Below, one piece after another: positions 38,943 through 52,845 of a stretch of 64,000 nt of DNA (position 1 is the stretch's first letter; each line of letters starts with the position of its first letter). The position numbers and the translations under genes are program-made. Origin of the DNA: Perkinsus chesapeaki ATCC PRA-425 (Eukaryota > Protista > Perkinsozoa); contig JAAPAO010000124.1 of the NCBI GenBank assembly GCA_013115145.1, forward strand, positions 1 to 64,000, in the 5' to 3' direction. The notes beneath the pieces were generated by a model. It was given only the letters and a program-made list of their open reading frames with translations, made no database searches and was not told the origin of the DNA.

Positions 38943-40993
38943 TCACAAGGAATCTCGTCGATACCTCGTCCTCGACATGTGACCATGAGTTTCCAACCAT
39001 CGTCTTAGTTCTATTGTGCGTTCTCTCATCGTCGTGGCTTTCTGTCGGTTCCGAGTTGACGTCGACGCATGCGTGCTGTTTTCATACCAACTTTTTCTCG
39101 TTTTTTCCGTGCTTTGCAGTCGCCTGAGTATGTCAGTGTACTTCCTATCACGAAGCTCGATCCTCGACACTTTGCACTTTTCCTTTCCACCAACTTCATT
39201 CCCTTCCTGCCGACTAATTATTTCCGGTGCTGCTTCGGGCGGAGGGCTTCTCCTTGGCATCCCCTCAAGCATCATCTCCAGAGTCCTCACTTGCTCATCA
39301 TCAATAACACTACAATGATCTTCAAGGCTCTTCCCTCTCAACTTGGCCACTTCCATTGCCAAGTCTAATGTATCCTCTACAAGACCATCAAATTTGCATG
39401 CTGACCGCCGAGGCGCCATCCCTCCCCCGAGAGCCTCCCGCTGCTCGAGTAGCTCCTTCCGTAGTGGGAGCAACTTCACCAGATCGCCGTTGACAGAAGT
39501 GCCTCGGTGCTCTTCGCTACTCCGGGGTAAATCGGCCTGAAAAACAAAGCGATGCGCTTGAGGGAGCAACCATAATAAAGCCCACTTGAACCGCAGCAGA
39601 TGAACGCCCCCGAGAGGCAGCTAGATCTCTGAGCCGCGCAGTTCTTGCTGAGAAGTTCCTTGGCTCGCTCTTGGTCTTGTTGACTGATATCTTAGTAATA
39701 GTTTCTCGGCACACCGCTGGGGAGTCCTCCAGGCTCGCCGGGGAAGCTTCCTCCAGCACCGGCGGGGATTCCTCTTGGTCAGCAAGCTCGACGCAATGTG
39801 AGCTACTCGATGGCAAAGAGTAACCAGACTTCTCCAAAGATTCTCCCTGCGCACGCTCAAGATTTTCCGTATCCTCCAGGATACTCTTCGCACTATGATG
39901 ATTGTCAGATCCCTCAGAACCTCCATCACTTCCGAGTAGTTCATCCACCAGCGAGAACCCTTCCCTATCGGCTCCGGGCGAGCTCTCAGCATCATCCCCG
40001 AATCCGAGCTCTCCAAGCAATTCAATCGCGCTGCCCAGGCCGGAGATTCCTGGCTGTTTCCCAAACTCCGCCACGATGCCTGCAGCCTGGAAAGCAGGAA
40101 ATCTAATCAACCAGTGTATGGCAGTCTGGCACCTGAGGGTCATCCAGTGGGAGGAGGGAGCCAATCTCAGAGCTGTCCAATCGCTTAACATCTGTGGTCA
40201 TATTAGAGCTCCGTTTGTGTGCCGCAGTAGACACTTCTAGAGTGGCAATAATCCCTGCCTAACAGTATTATCGGGTCAATTACTACACTAAGGGAGCCCA
40301 CCACCTGGTTCTCTAGTGAAATGCTCTGAGTTCGGTGAGCTGGTGATGTGGTGTTGAACTGGTTTAAGTCGATAAAAGCAACCCCTATGTGTTCGGTACC
40401 TTGCAGCATCCTACCAATGATTAAGACGCCGCCATAGTGGAGGATATACCCACTTATTGAGCTACATGATGGGGGGGCGAGGAGGAGGAGGGCACTGGAG
40501 ATAGTACAAGATTCTCACATCTCCAAAGAGTAAATTTTCTAAGCTTTTGGGTGAGTAAGTTAGCCAACAGCATCAGTGTGGATGACATGATGCGATGAAG
40601 GACAGTAGACCACTTAAACGGTTCACAGTAGGCCTCAAGTGTTCTAGTCGAGCTAATGACCAGCAGTAGCTATACGACAGCTAGCTATTAGCCCGACGAG
40701 TTCTGTGCTCTTGGTACCTTATTACCAGTTGAAAGTGTGAGTGTTACACGAAGCTTGGTTTCATCATAAGGTTGCTTCACGAGCAGCAGCATTATCCAGT
40801 GACTAAGGTCAATAGAAGAGCCTTTGTCTATACGGAACTTATCGGTGGAGGAGTGTAATGTGGGGGCATCCCTGTCATCTGGACGACTCAGATACCTGTG
40901 GGGGACTGAGAGCGGGCAAAGCCACAATAATGGGGAAAATGGAAAAAGACTATTTCGTGCAAAAATTTTATCGGCGGTAGTGGACGCGGCCAA
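38943..40993 (-). CDS. Hypothetical multi-exon protein with C2-like N-terminal segments and acidic/coiled-coil regions
   Basis: Long consecutive minus ORFs (39517-40191, 38943-39569); beta-rich IGVAFIDLNQF...VGSLSVVI segment. Boundaries uncertain. Confidence 0.45.
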
Positions 40994-41086
40994 ATTGGTA
41001 GGGAGAGACTGACAGGTTGGTAGCCATTTTTTAAATTCTCGCGGGCATGTGACTTTCGAGGTATTATAGGGATAGGAGATATGGTC

Positions 41087-43262
41087 TTAGTGGGAGATAA
41101 GAGTCTTTGGGCGTAGGAGCGTCTTCCGCCTATTACCGGACCCCCCTCCATGAGCAGCAATCCCATTATTACCATCTACAGCAATACTCCTTCTCCTTCT
41201 CTGACTTTGATGTGAAGTGATATGTATGTGATGGTGATAGTTCAGCAAGTAGGAATGAATATAGGATGCTCATAATGAAGGATCACTAAGTGGCAGTCTA
41301 AAGCACCCACAGTGTCACGTAGCTTTCGGAAAATAACAATGCAACGTTCGATATGTAATTGACGTTACAGCGATAGGATAACAACTACTAGGCGTCAGAT
41401 GCTTCCCCAGGGGTGCAAACTTCTTGATACCACGTGATTCTCCCAATGTGGGCAGCAGTAATTCTACTATATGGACCCAGAGCTCAGCCATCATCGTCCT
41501 TCATAGGAATGTGTGATGGTTTCCCACCCCTAAGCAGGTTTTGGATGAAGCGATGAGTGACAAATAGTTTCCTCCTCCTATCCAGAGCTCCTTCAATCTT
41601 TTATAGTACCCCACAAGCCCTATGCCGGTATAGCCTATCACAATGCGTACAACGCCTCTCCCTCCAAACCCGAATTGAATTAATACTTCAAATTTAAAAT
41701 CACCTTGGTACGTAAGAAACAGTGAGACAGTTCCGTGGTCAGTCTGGTCAATTACTGTCTGAAGTCTGATCGACCTTATTAGCCTTCTCCACAAGCTTTC
41801 TAACATCATCAATATGAAGTATCTTGCTAGTAGTCTTCTTGGTATCCTCAGCAAGTCGGACCGAGTTATAATGCAAACCTGATGGATTCAATCACCTACA
41901 AAGATATCCTTCTTCTAATTACCATCATGATAGCTCAGAACAGCGCAAGGAGCTGACTCGTCGAAATTCTTCATCTCAATCATCTGTAGCTCACTGGCTT
42001 CGTATGCGTGCTGAGCATCACCATCAAGAGCTGCTGCTGCTGGTGTTGCTGCCCACCTGGCTTACCAGTACAATCTGCAACACTACTACATTAACTCTAT
42101 AGTGCTGTGAGAGGGCTTGGAGCTCAATATTGCCACCCCACACTTTATCGTTCTGCATCTTTTGAGTGTAAACTGCCATTGTTACTCCTAAAAGATCAGA
42201 GCACGCCATGTGATGGTGAACTGAACTAGCTTAGATAGATTCAGTCTCATCTCATCGCGTCGAAGAGATGCACAACTCCGCAAGAGCTACAAAACATCGC
42301 ACTCGAAAAAAAAGAGGATGGGGTTCGGGAGCGTCCAAGCAGGTTGTCAAGTGCTATGGGGTGGAATTTTGAGTCAACATCCGAACATTGAATGAGAATT
42401 CCAAGCAACAGTGTTAGAATAGTCACCTGCTTACAAGGCGAATGCCGCTTTTCCCGAAGTGATTGAAATGTTCCACGACTACCAGATACTTCATCTATAG
42501 CAAGCAACAAGGCATGGCCGATACTACAGACCGCGGGCGCCTTGGACACACCTGCCCATCTCCATCGATACCGCCGCCCCTCGCTACTACCCGGCTCCAT
42601 AAATGGTTCGAATGCATTATCATTTCTTCTTATATATTGGACAGCAGCTTTCCTAGCGTTCTTATAATCCTTCGGGCCATCAGCATCATATCCGAGCTGA
42701 TCCACAAATGACCGGAACATACAATTTCCGTCTGATGAAGAATCTTTGTCCAGCTTAACTTCCCAACTTCACCTTACCATTCTGGACTTCTCGTATCCTC
42801 AGACCGGCCTCTCCAAGTTTCCTGAACACCGTTGCGATCACATCACCGACTGATCCGCCATTACTTTTGGAAAACTTGCATGCTTCTATACCAGCCCTCA
42901 GCGCCATCCAGATCTATCTCTCCTCTAGCAGCCGCCTCCTCCCTGTCCTGCTCTATCTGAGCTGCTCGACGTGCCAAGGCTGCTGCCTCTCGCTTGGAGT
43001 CCTGAACACTCGTATAGGAATGCAGCAAGGTGGACTGCTGCTGCTACTTCCTCTTTCTTTTTCGTTTCAGCTTTTTGCCTGTCCGAATTGAGATTGGTAG
43101 TTTTAAACTTCTTTTTCGAGGCGTTCTTCTTGCCAAATATCCCTACCCATAGAATTAAGCATTACTTTTCGTGAGCGCTTCATCACCCTTTAAAGCTGTC
43201 GATGTTGTTGAGCCCACGTCAACTTGAGGAGCTGCTGCACTACCCTCTTCACTCGATGTCAT
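41087..43262 (-). CDS. OTU-domain deubiquitinase, OTUD3-like (3' end tentative)
   Basis: LRIREVQN|DGNCMFRSFVDQL, FEPFM, WGGNIELQALS, LSYHD|GLHYNSVR: the Cys and His catalytic motifs are both present. Confidence 0.85.
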
Positions 43263-43554
43263 AACAAACACAATCCTCCTCTGGATTTATTATCCCCACC
43301 AAAAGCTACTTCACAACGCAAATCGATATGGCTTGAATATTATTATTAAGGAAACTCTTCCAACTTGATGTTGTTGTTGTTGATACCGTCAATCATCAGC
43401 TCCTTGGTGCCACTAAGGACCAAAGGGGCCGACGTCGCACAGACGGTGACAACTAGGCTGCTGCTTGTGTTGATGCTGGAGACTACCCCAAGTAGTGAAT
43501 GGCAGCCGCCACAGGACAGCAGCAGCAGCAGTAGTCTGGAGGGAATAATACCGC

Positions 43555-44107
43555 TTACGCCTTCTGACCGAAGAACATCTGGACACGCTGCATAATGGAA
43601 TCCTAAACAACAGAGATGGTTATCCCAACAGAAGGAGTGGAGATCGTTGTGGCAGCATGCTCCTCCTCCTCCTTACCTGAGCAGGGTTGTAGGGGCACTC
43701 CTTACTGGGAATCTCCAATACAGTGGGGATGGCATTACCAGAGCTAGTGTACCTTAATGAGCTCATTAACAAGGAAGAGGAAGAAGAGCTCTAACTTACT
43801 TGCGGACAACATGACGGATTTGCTCAGCGATGGGCTGGTTGATAATAACAATGGCAATGTCAGGGCGCTGGACGAAGGTACGGAAGGCATCCTCGATGTC
43901 GCTGCGTCGGGTCTCTAAAAAGGGAACGGATTAACATCAAAAATAAAAGCAAAGCCTTCACGTACTGGCATCAACAACAAGGAAGTTGGTGACTCCATTC
44001 CCATCACGCATACCAGCGCCAGCTAAGCAGAAGCCAGATACGGTCTCCTCATCACCGATAATGGCAACATGAAGGTCACTCTTCTTGGAGATCCTAGCAG
44101 CAACCAT
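43555..44107 (-). CDS. ATP6V1F: V-type proton ATPase subunit F (4 exons)
   Basis: VAIIGDEETVSGFCLAGAG, DIEDAFRTFVQRPDIAIVIINQPIAEQIR, IPTVLEIPSKECPYNPAQ|DSIMQRV. Confidence 0.95.
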
Positions 44108-44300
44108 AGGAAAAAAGTAGACGGGGGAAGTTTAACAAAGGAGTTACTGATAATAATAAGCTACGCTGTTCAGCCGACACCTCCAAAGCTGCGACAACAA
44201 CAACAAGTCGATGATGGAAACTATACATGAGGCGATTGCATGTCAAAAACCACTAACCACTCCGAGGGTCATGAAAGTGTAAGGTGGTTGGATCAACAAC

Positions 44301-46883
44301 CTAGCTGCCACTCACTACTAGTTCACTTAGCAAAAACCCTAAACCAGCAACTACGCAGATCGACACAAAGGAGACAGGCAGCCCCGGGCGGATGAAATCC
44401 GAAGCCTTTAGCCATGGATGGTTATCATCCCCTTGCCTTCGAATAGCTGTGGCATTAACATTAGGGGTCGAGCTGACCGGAAGGGCACAACCAGCTGATA
44501 GAGCCAAGGCTGCTGGAATGCCAAGCACAGCAACGCTCATATTAGAAGGGACAACGAACTCACCAAGGGAACAGATGAAGGGCATGAGGACATTCGCTGC
44601 GGCAGTGTGCGACACTAAAGTAGACACGAGTGTCACAAAAGCTACAGTAGCCAAAATGCACACCCATAGGGGGGCCTCTTGGATGGCCGATGATGCATGA
44701 TCACTAGCGATTACTAACAATTGAGAATCACGAACCGCGAGGGCTAATGTGGAGCCACCTGCGAGGAGGAAGCATACATCCCATGGAAGGGAGAGGAAGT
44801 CAGCTTTAGTGAGCAGCCCTGGTATAGCGTACAGGGTTATTAGGGGAAAGAGTGCTGATAGAGATACATCGCCGAAAGCCATAACAGTCAAGGAAGAGCA
44901 CAACCACATCAACACAGTTAAACACACAATAACGATAACGCAGACACGACGCCAATCACTGCAAAAGTTGCCGGTACCAACCAGCCGTGGAGGAAGAACT
45001 AAATGGTCCGAGTCCGGCGCTAGACTGCTGCTGGTGACCACCGAGCCGCCGCTGCCCCCCTGGGCGTTCAAGAGGGGTACGCTGGTTACCCGGACGTCGT
45101 CTGATGGAGCCAAATAGTGGGGCTTGAGCAACCAAAATGTCAGAAGGAGCAACACAAAGCTTGTCGGGAGAGCTACAGCGCACCACTCACCGAAGGTTAG
45201 TCCATAATTAGTGTGTAGGAGTGCGAAGGCAACTACACTTTGTGGAGAGGCCACTGGACTGGTCATACCACCGATATTGCAAGCAAAGGCGATAGCGACC
45301 AACAACGAGCGACCATAGTTGAGGGTAGTGACACGATTCTGAGGCAGCTCATCAAGAATTGGTGACGCAACGCTCATGCACAAAACGCTTGCAGCCACGT
45401 TGCCAACTGCTGCACTAGTGGCATAACCGAGGAACATGAGCACCATCAAGGTGCGGGTACGACTGCCTCCCGACGCCAGACGGAGTAGGACACATGCTAA
45501 CTCTTTATCAATACGAAGCTTGGAGAGAGCAGCTGCTAGGGAGAAGCTCGCAAGGACCATCAGCTGGGCACCGCTCCACATTGCTGCCATCGACATCTGA
45601 GCCGCCAAAGCACGATTACCATGGCATGATGGAAGAGTGTCGAGGAGAACTACCAATAGAGGGATGGCGAGACCGGTAATGTGTAAAGGTAGTGTACCAA
45701 GGGACCAGAAGGAGCTGGCTAGCCAAAGGAGAGCTAGGCATCTTCGGGCCGCACTGGGCATACCGGGAAGGGGGATGAGCAAAAGTGATAGAAAAACCGC
45801 AAAAACGATTGTGTAGATCACAATTGGTGCCCAAAATATCTTGATATAATCTCGTATGGTTAAACTTGGTGGAACCCTAAGTTCGACTGTTGCATGGAGC
45901 GGGGAGACCAACGAGCCCTTGGCATCTTCAGGTGACAATGATGATGATGGGCCCACCACAGAGTTGCGATGCTCGACACTTTTAGCGAAGAACCTATCGA
46001 GTGTACCTCTACTAGCAGCAATGCCGAGCCGAGACCGCTGCCTGAAGCAAGATGCCCCATGATAGGAGGAATGGCAATGATGATACCTTTCAAGTTTAAT
46101 TAAATCATGCCAGACTGTTCCACGATCCCAGACTAGCATCTCCGACAGGCTTTGTGATAGCTCCTCCGCGGCAATTTGGACATCATCATCACAAAAGCTC
46201 GTGGCGTAGCTGAAGGCCATAAGCGTCCCAAGTGACGACGAGCCCACCTTTGCTGGATCGCATCGATCAAAGGTTTAACTTCCGTTTCCAAATGCCGTTG
46301 CATCTCACAAAGTGGAGAACAATTCAACAGGAATGTAGGAGAGTGGGTCGAACCATGAAACTTGTCGAACTTTTTAACCAGCTTTCGAGCGCCCTGAGCA
46401 ACGCTGCCTCCTCCTCCTCCTAGACAGCAGCAACCTGTATGAGCACCTCCGAGTTAAGATGCACGAAGTTGGACAACTCCTTCAGCTGCAAGTAGAGCTC
46501 CGCACACGATTTCCGGTACTTCGGGTGGACCTTCTCGAAATCTTCCAGAGGGTCGAGGAGCTCATTGAGCCACGATGAAAGCCTCGATAGAATCTGAAAG
46601 ACAACATCGCCACTGCGGGAGCCGCTACCAGCTCACATCACAGAAATACGCCAACACACGCTCCAAGTCGGTCGCAATCTCCTTGCTGAATTCCTAAGAC
46701 AAGATGAACCGGCTTAATTGATAGGGACGGGTCGACCTTCCATGCTAGATCAGGTGGTCGAATGCCTTCCCCTTCAGCATCATGACGTTGCTCTTTAATA
46801 AACTTCTTTAATCTCTTATAATTTATATAACCATCATGCCATGGACCGAAGGCGTTGAATTCCAACTCGTAGCTGAATTTCAT
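44301..46883 (-). CDS. SPX-domain + SLC13-type phosphate transporter (Pho87/90/91-like)
   Basis: SPX start MKFSYELEFNAFGPWHDGYINYKRLKK, GARKLVKKFDK and LVWDRGTVWHDL. A 1.9 kb final exon holds a multi-TM permease (GGMTSPVASPQS, LPVSSTPN). Confidence 0.92.
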
Positions 46884-47155
46884 CCAACAAAAATAATATT
46901 CTTATAACGGCTAGAAATAACCGGATCGACAACACAACAGGACTCAGTGACTCTACAAATTTACCACGGAAAGCATCCAAGAAGGAGGAGCACCATTACC
47001 ACCATCAACGAGATCGAAGTGATGAGGAAGTCCAACTTCAACAATCAGCCAACTCTGATGACGACTCTGCCCTCAGACAGAGATGTGTTAGCAAAAGATC
47101 AAGGTAAAAGGAGGAAATGTCGCGGGAACGTAATCATCGTCACTGCGCCACGAAA

Positions 47156-49614
47156 TTACTTCCCCTTGGCTGCCAGCGCTGTACGGACGTACTCGTAATG
47201 TGGAGCGGACCTAAGAATGATTAAAGCTCATCAATGAGAGGATACCACCGAGTTGGATGATGAGCAACTTACTTCGTGTCACCATAGACCACATAAGTCG
47301 GGTTCTTCTTCAACAACTTAGCAGCGACATTTTTAAGGTCAGCTTCCGTAACAGCATCAACTCGTTTAGCGAACTCCTCAGGTGTCACAACCTTAAGCCA
47401 ACTACATGACATCATCAAAGCCAAACGACGCACCTTCCCGCTCATTATGATCTGCCGGCCGATATCCTCCATCAACACCTTAGAGTTTTCCGCGTTCATG
47501 AAGATATTGCCCTTCAAAGTGTTCTTGGCTCGAGTCACTTCCTCAGGTGTGAAGGAGTTCTGCCAACATCAATGACCAGCAAAGCTCAGCAACAACCTCA
47601 CCAGTTTATGAAGCTCATTAACCGCGATGTCCACCAGCCTTGGTGCCTCCTGGCCGAAGCCCGTGATGTACATACCAAAGAGGCCAGAATCCGAATATCT
47701 AACAGCAGCAACGACAAATGATCAGCTGACATCAGCTCACACCACAGTTTACTGAGTATTGAAAGCCATGCAACTCTCAACATTAGGGTTCTGATTCAGG
47801 ACATTGAGATAAAGGCGAGAGTGCATCCCCTTCCCTGGGCCACCAGTCGAGAAGGAGCCACCACCGCCTGATAACAAACAACAATAAGGAGGTCAACAAC
47901 GCCTCATCAGCGAACATGCCTACCGAGTAAAGTCTGAAGGACGGTCACCGGCACTAAGTCCGCCGAATTCCAGCCTTCGGTCTCAAAACCGATAGCGATA
48001 TTGCAGACCGGCATGTTAGCATTCTCCTCAAGTTTATAACCTCCAGTGTAGACTGGCTTCTGCTCCTCCCGAGGCATGTTCGGGATGGCGACATCTAAAA
48101 AATACCGATCAAAGTTGGACAGAGAGGATTCCTCCTACACTCAGCAAAGCTCCTCATTAACCATTTGCAGAGCTCATCATGGTCGACATTGATGCCAACA
48201 AATACGCTTCGCTCCGCCGAGAAATGTTTCATCATGTACTCGCGGATATTATCACCGGTGAAGTGATCCAGTGCCCTATTAACATCACTCCCAAACCACA
48301 GCTCATCTCGACAGCAACTTACCTTCCCTCGTTGGCAAGGAGTGCGTTACCGAGAGTGTTGTTGTGATAGGCGGTTTGGTGGAGCAACTCCGATACGTAT
48401 TGATCGGTATCGGCCTTAAGCCTCTCATGTGCCTGATCACCATTTCCAGTACCCCAAAGCCGATACTTAATCTCACCTTTTTAATCTCCTTATGACAAGC
48501 ATTAACCTCCCATGGCAGCAGACGAGGGAACAGAACGTTACCAACGACCAGAGTGCTCGCCACTGGCATGTACTCCCTCAGCAGCTCCAAATTATACATC
48601 ATATGTTCACGTCCAGCTTGGCAACCACCGTTCATGCCCAACACCTCGATGGTCTTGATCGTACGAAGGTGTGACAGATGGGCAGTTGACCTAAAAGAGG
48701 AAGGGTGACAACAATGCCGACAAGTTGGCTTACCTGAATGCCACGCACTCAACCATATGAGATAAGCCCTCTTCAGCGGGAGTCTCGAATCTACTTCCTG
48801 CGTGGACGAAAAGACCAAGATTTGCGGTGAGCTGAAATGATAATTATTGTCTTCAATTTAGAACAATTGTTACCCCCTGTTTGTCCACAGAAACGATACG
48901 CATGCCATTCTCAAGCACAGAGAACTTCATCTCCGGCTTCTTAAGCTGTGGTGCCTAAGAGACCATACCCTCACTTGGTAAGGTGCTGCTGTGGCTTACG
49001 GGAACGTCTGTGAGGATCGGGATATCGAGAGGCACATCACGGTACTTGTTGTCCTTGTGCTCACCGCCGATGTAATAAAACCTGATCGAGGGAAGTGGAC
49101 GCTGAGAGGAGAGAGATGACTTACTGAAAGTGGGGGACTTCTTTAACGACTTCGCTCACATCTTCTTGCTTGAACTTAACCACGTTGTAAGGGGTGCCTT
49201 GGATAGTACCTTACAAGAAAACCGCGCTCTCGAAGCTAAATTCGGCTAAGGAAATGATAATTTCAGTCACTGCATTAACCTGTGGGGTATCGTGCACGCT
49301 TCGACCTATGATACTCTTGAGATGCCACTACCGCAGCTACCAGATTATCCACCCGCTATGAAACCCTCAACGAGTACAACCAAAATGACGCAAAATTGTC
49401 CCCTCAAATGAGTAGGTTCTCTTCAAACAACATTTATATAATCGTTAATGAATTAAACCATCATCGGCTATATTTTACTCATAGTGTTATCGGCAGTCTT
49501 AGCAACAGCAGCACTAGCTGAAGCATATCGACGAGCAGCCAGACACCTGCTCAAAGTTGGGGTCGAACGACGTAGAATGGCCGATGTAGAGGGAGTAAGG
49601 AGCCTCGACAACAT
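47156..49614 (-). CDS. PMPCA: Mitochondrial processing peptidase alpha subunit (multi-exon)
   Basis: R/S/A-rich presequence [16 protein letters not shown]..., [19 protein letters not shown]...GLSHMVE (inactive HXXEH variant), [24 protein letters not shown]. Confidence 0.93.
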
Positions 49615-49712
49615 CTACTCAAAAAAGGAGCTGACAACATGGGCAATAAAAGCACTGTATTCATCTAAAAAAATCACAATGTGCATACTTGCTATCATGC
49701 GCCACGAAAATA

Positions 49713-49723
49713 GGCGCGCGCCC
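49713..49723. promoter_or_regulatory. GGCGCGCGCCC motif in the MPP-alpha/Rab-like divergent spacer
   Basis: Seen directly, flanked by AAAAA (E2F-site-like TTTTGGGCGC on the minus strand). Function is inferred only. Confidence 0.3.
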
Positions 49724-49857
49724 AAAAAATGGCAATTCGTGTTGTTGTGGTGCCTGATGATGGTATTGCTGAAGAAGGGCTGACTCCACTTGATGGTGGT
49801 GGCATGATAATCTTTATGATAACTACTTTACTGAAGGGCGATCGGTTCTTATAGATA

Positions 49858-51106
49858 ATGAAGTTTTTACATTCATCATTTTGGGGTAATAATAATGACA
49901 TGAAATCGTCGGTGGAGTTGAACCCTTTCGTGGGTGTAAACCCGATAGGGTATAATTTACCACAAGTCTCTTCCATCGACAAAATTGATGATACTGCCGA
50001 GCCAGTGACCTTAAGAATCATAGTTGCTGGAGACCCTGCTACTGGCAGGTGTGCACTATGCAGGTACAGCTAGAGGTGTCAGAAAACAGCCGCGTATCCG
50101 TTATTGCCATTCAGAGCGCTGTGTAGCCCTGCTGTTGATAAAGGGCTCCCCAACGAGAGCCGCTATATCGGTTCAATCAATGGAGAGGGATCTCCTATAG
50201 TTCCAACAGTTCATGTTGGCGAAGACATCGTCACAACCAAGGAGGGTTCTACGCGAAAGGCAAGCAGCTAAAGACGAGGGATTATCCTCCTCCTCGGAAC
50301 TTATCAGGTATTCATCGAATTCTGGATAGTCAGTTGTACATCTGACGTCAGCCTAGACTTGATAAAAGCATCCCTTGCAGAGGCGCCACCTGACGGGGTT
50401 ATACTCATATTCGACACTGACAGACCAACAACACAACATAGCTTGACCGGATGGTTATTCGACTTCATATCCCCCGACCCGGATAGGTTAGCCGATGCTC
50501 TTGATGGCTTTACCTTAATAACGCTTCCTTCAGTTCTACTTCCCCTACAAGAAGCCGATCACTCAGCACGCTAGGTGGCATCGATACTGCACGAGACGTC
50601 ACTAGTGGTGTTTGCCCTCTGATGGTCGTGGCTAATAAAAGGCAACACCTAGATAAATGGCAATGGTCGAATGGCGAGGCGCGGCTACCAACACCACCAA
50701 CATGGGTTGATAAATTCCTTGTTGGTATCATTGTACCGCCACACTCCTCACATGCCATTTCTCTTGTGTAGGTGAGATGTCCCCGCGCTGGGCGTCTGCA
50801 ATGTCGAGTAAAGCCGCCGCCGGGAACGGTATGGAGGCTGTTCGGAACAAACTACTTCGTAAGGGCCACGAAATGACGCAGATTAGCATGCTCGATATTC
50901 AGGATTCGACTCGAGCAACTCCGGCAGTGAAACTATATTCACAATTGCATCACTCAGCGACGACACAACAACGGAGCTTGATCGCCGAGCGTGGACGGAG
51001 CTTCTTCGACGATCATTACGGTATCATCATCAAAAGCTTTTCGGTGGTGTCTAGTTTCAATACTCTTATATATACAAACAGAAAGCTGCTGTTGCGTTCT
51101 AGTTAA
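49858..51106 (+). CDS. Rab-like small GTPase (RABL3-like), multi-exon; ends approximate
   Basis: LRIIVAGDPATG (P-loop split by an intron), DGVILIFD...LTGW, PLMVVANK. Confidence 0.65.
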
Positions 51107-51200
51107 AGGTGACTCCAACACAAAGCAATGAAGGACAACCGATCATTGTTAAGTCAACAACAACACCACCACCACGGACATGGCTCGGAATGAGTACTGT

Positions 51201-52640
51201 TCAAAGAAGTGGTATCTTGAGCTGCTTTGCTATCACGAAGGCCCTGGGGTGACCAACTGCATATGCTGCCCACTTTGGCGCCAACTCGTCAATATCGCGC
51301 TGGTGGAACGCTTCTTGCTTCCTCTGGGTTAGTCGTTGAACCTCTCTCCGCATATAGTTGATACTACTCAGTTTGCAAGGTATCCTGAAAAACATATTGA
51401 TGCACACAAACTGCGGCAGTAGAACACTCACTGCTTCTTGTCGCCCTCGAAATGGAATATTATAATGGCAATCATAGCATGATCTCGAACGTCATTCCAA
51501 TAGACTCTACCTTCAACGGTGCCCAAGTCCTGATACAAAGATACAGGTGGAAGCTTTTACTTATCGGAAATGCACACTAACCGCACGGAAATCCTCACAG
51601 TTGAATGTGCAGATGTGTCCGGGTTATGACAGTTACTATTTACAAAGGCATGGAGAAGCTTCCAATAAGAAAGCATAGTCGAGGGTGATTGGAAATGTGG
51701 TATCTCAATATTCCACACAACTGCCTTACATCCTTCATTGCACATGACTCTGACCACATTAGTTCTTTTTCCGGCATCCTTTGAAAATCACTTTCAACGA
51801 TCCAAGCGACAACCAATACAGCAGCCTCGCGTGGACTAGAGCTCATCATTTCCTTCAATGCCTTCACGTTGTATTTTTCTGTGTATCTTTTGCTCGGCAG
51901 ACTCCTCTCCACTTCCAACTCAGCAACTAACCTCTTACCCCACTCAGCGACAGCCTCTTCACACTTATCTGTACTGAGATTCAGATCATCTATCATCTTA
52001 GCTATTGGTAAATCTTGGGGATTAATGAACCATCTAAGGAGGTTGCTAGTGCCGGAAGCTGTCTCATCATTCAATTGCTCCCAACTCGTGTCACCAACGT
52101 AAGCGTGAATTGAACTAAGATAAAGAATGATCACCATCAAACAAACAATCAACTTACTGTTTCTCTCCAAGTGTAACATAGTCGATCACATATCGATCAC
52201 CGTCCAGCTTGGCTCCCACCGACACTTGCCACTAAAGGTCGGCGCTATCACCGAGTAACAGTGGAGTAAATCCTACTGGCTCTGCGATCTCGATCCGCGA
52301 AATCGCTGAAGCACCTTTCCTCGAAGAATACGGATTTTCGTGAAGATGAGCCATCCGGGCACCGCCGAAATGAGTCCCCTCAATGACGCAGTGAGACTGC
52401 TGCCGTTTGGGGCTGTTAGTTCTCTTAGACTTCTTAGCTACCATCGGAAAGCTATGGTTATTAATCATGGCATTGCGTTTACCTTTCGCACTCAAGTGCG
52501 AGCTAGATGTGCTGGTGGAACCCTGCAAGAATAGTAGAAGGCGTTCGCTACGACGAGCCTATTCGGGGAACTTACCCTTACTTCGAACAGAGTAATTAGA
52601 AGAAAGGCAAGGGAAGGCTGCATTAGTGTGTTATAACAAA
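51201..52640 (-). CDS. Unknown family, tandem unit 1 (5' end approximate)
   Basis: Exons WQVSVGAKLDGDRYVIDYVTLG, CEEAVAEWGK, FRIPCKLSSINYMR. Confidence 0.6.
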
Positions 52641-52845
52641 CATCAACAGCTGTATGAACATCCTCTACATTGAAGTCAACAATTGACTGAAGGCTATACT
52701 GTATACTATAATCCAGGGACCGCCCTGTATGGGGAGAAGTGGGAATTCGAGTGATTGTGAGAGGCCCTTATAATGCGTTGAACACTGCAACCTTTTATAG
52801 TGTAACATTGACACCATGAACAACACCTTTATGAATGACTAATGT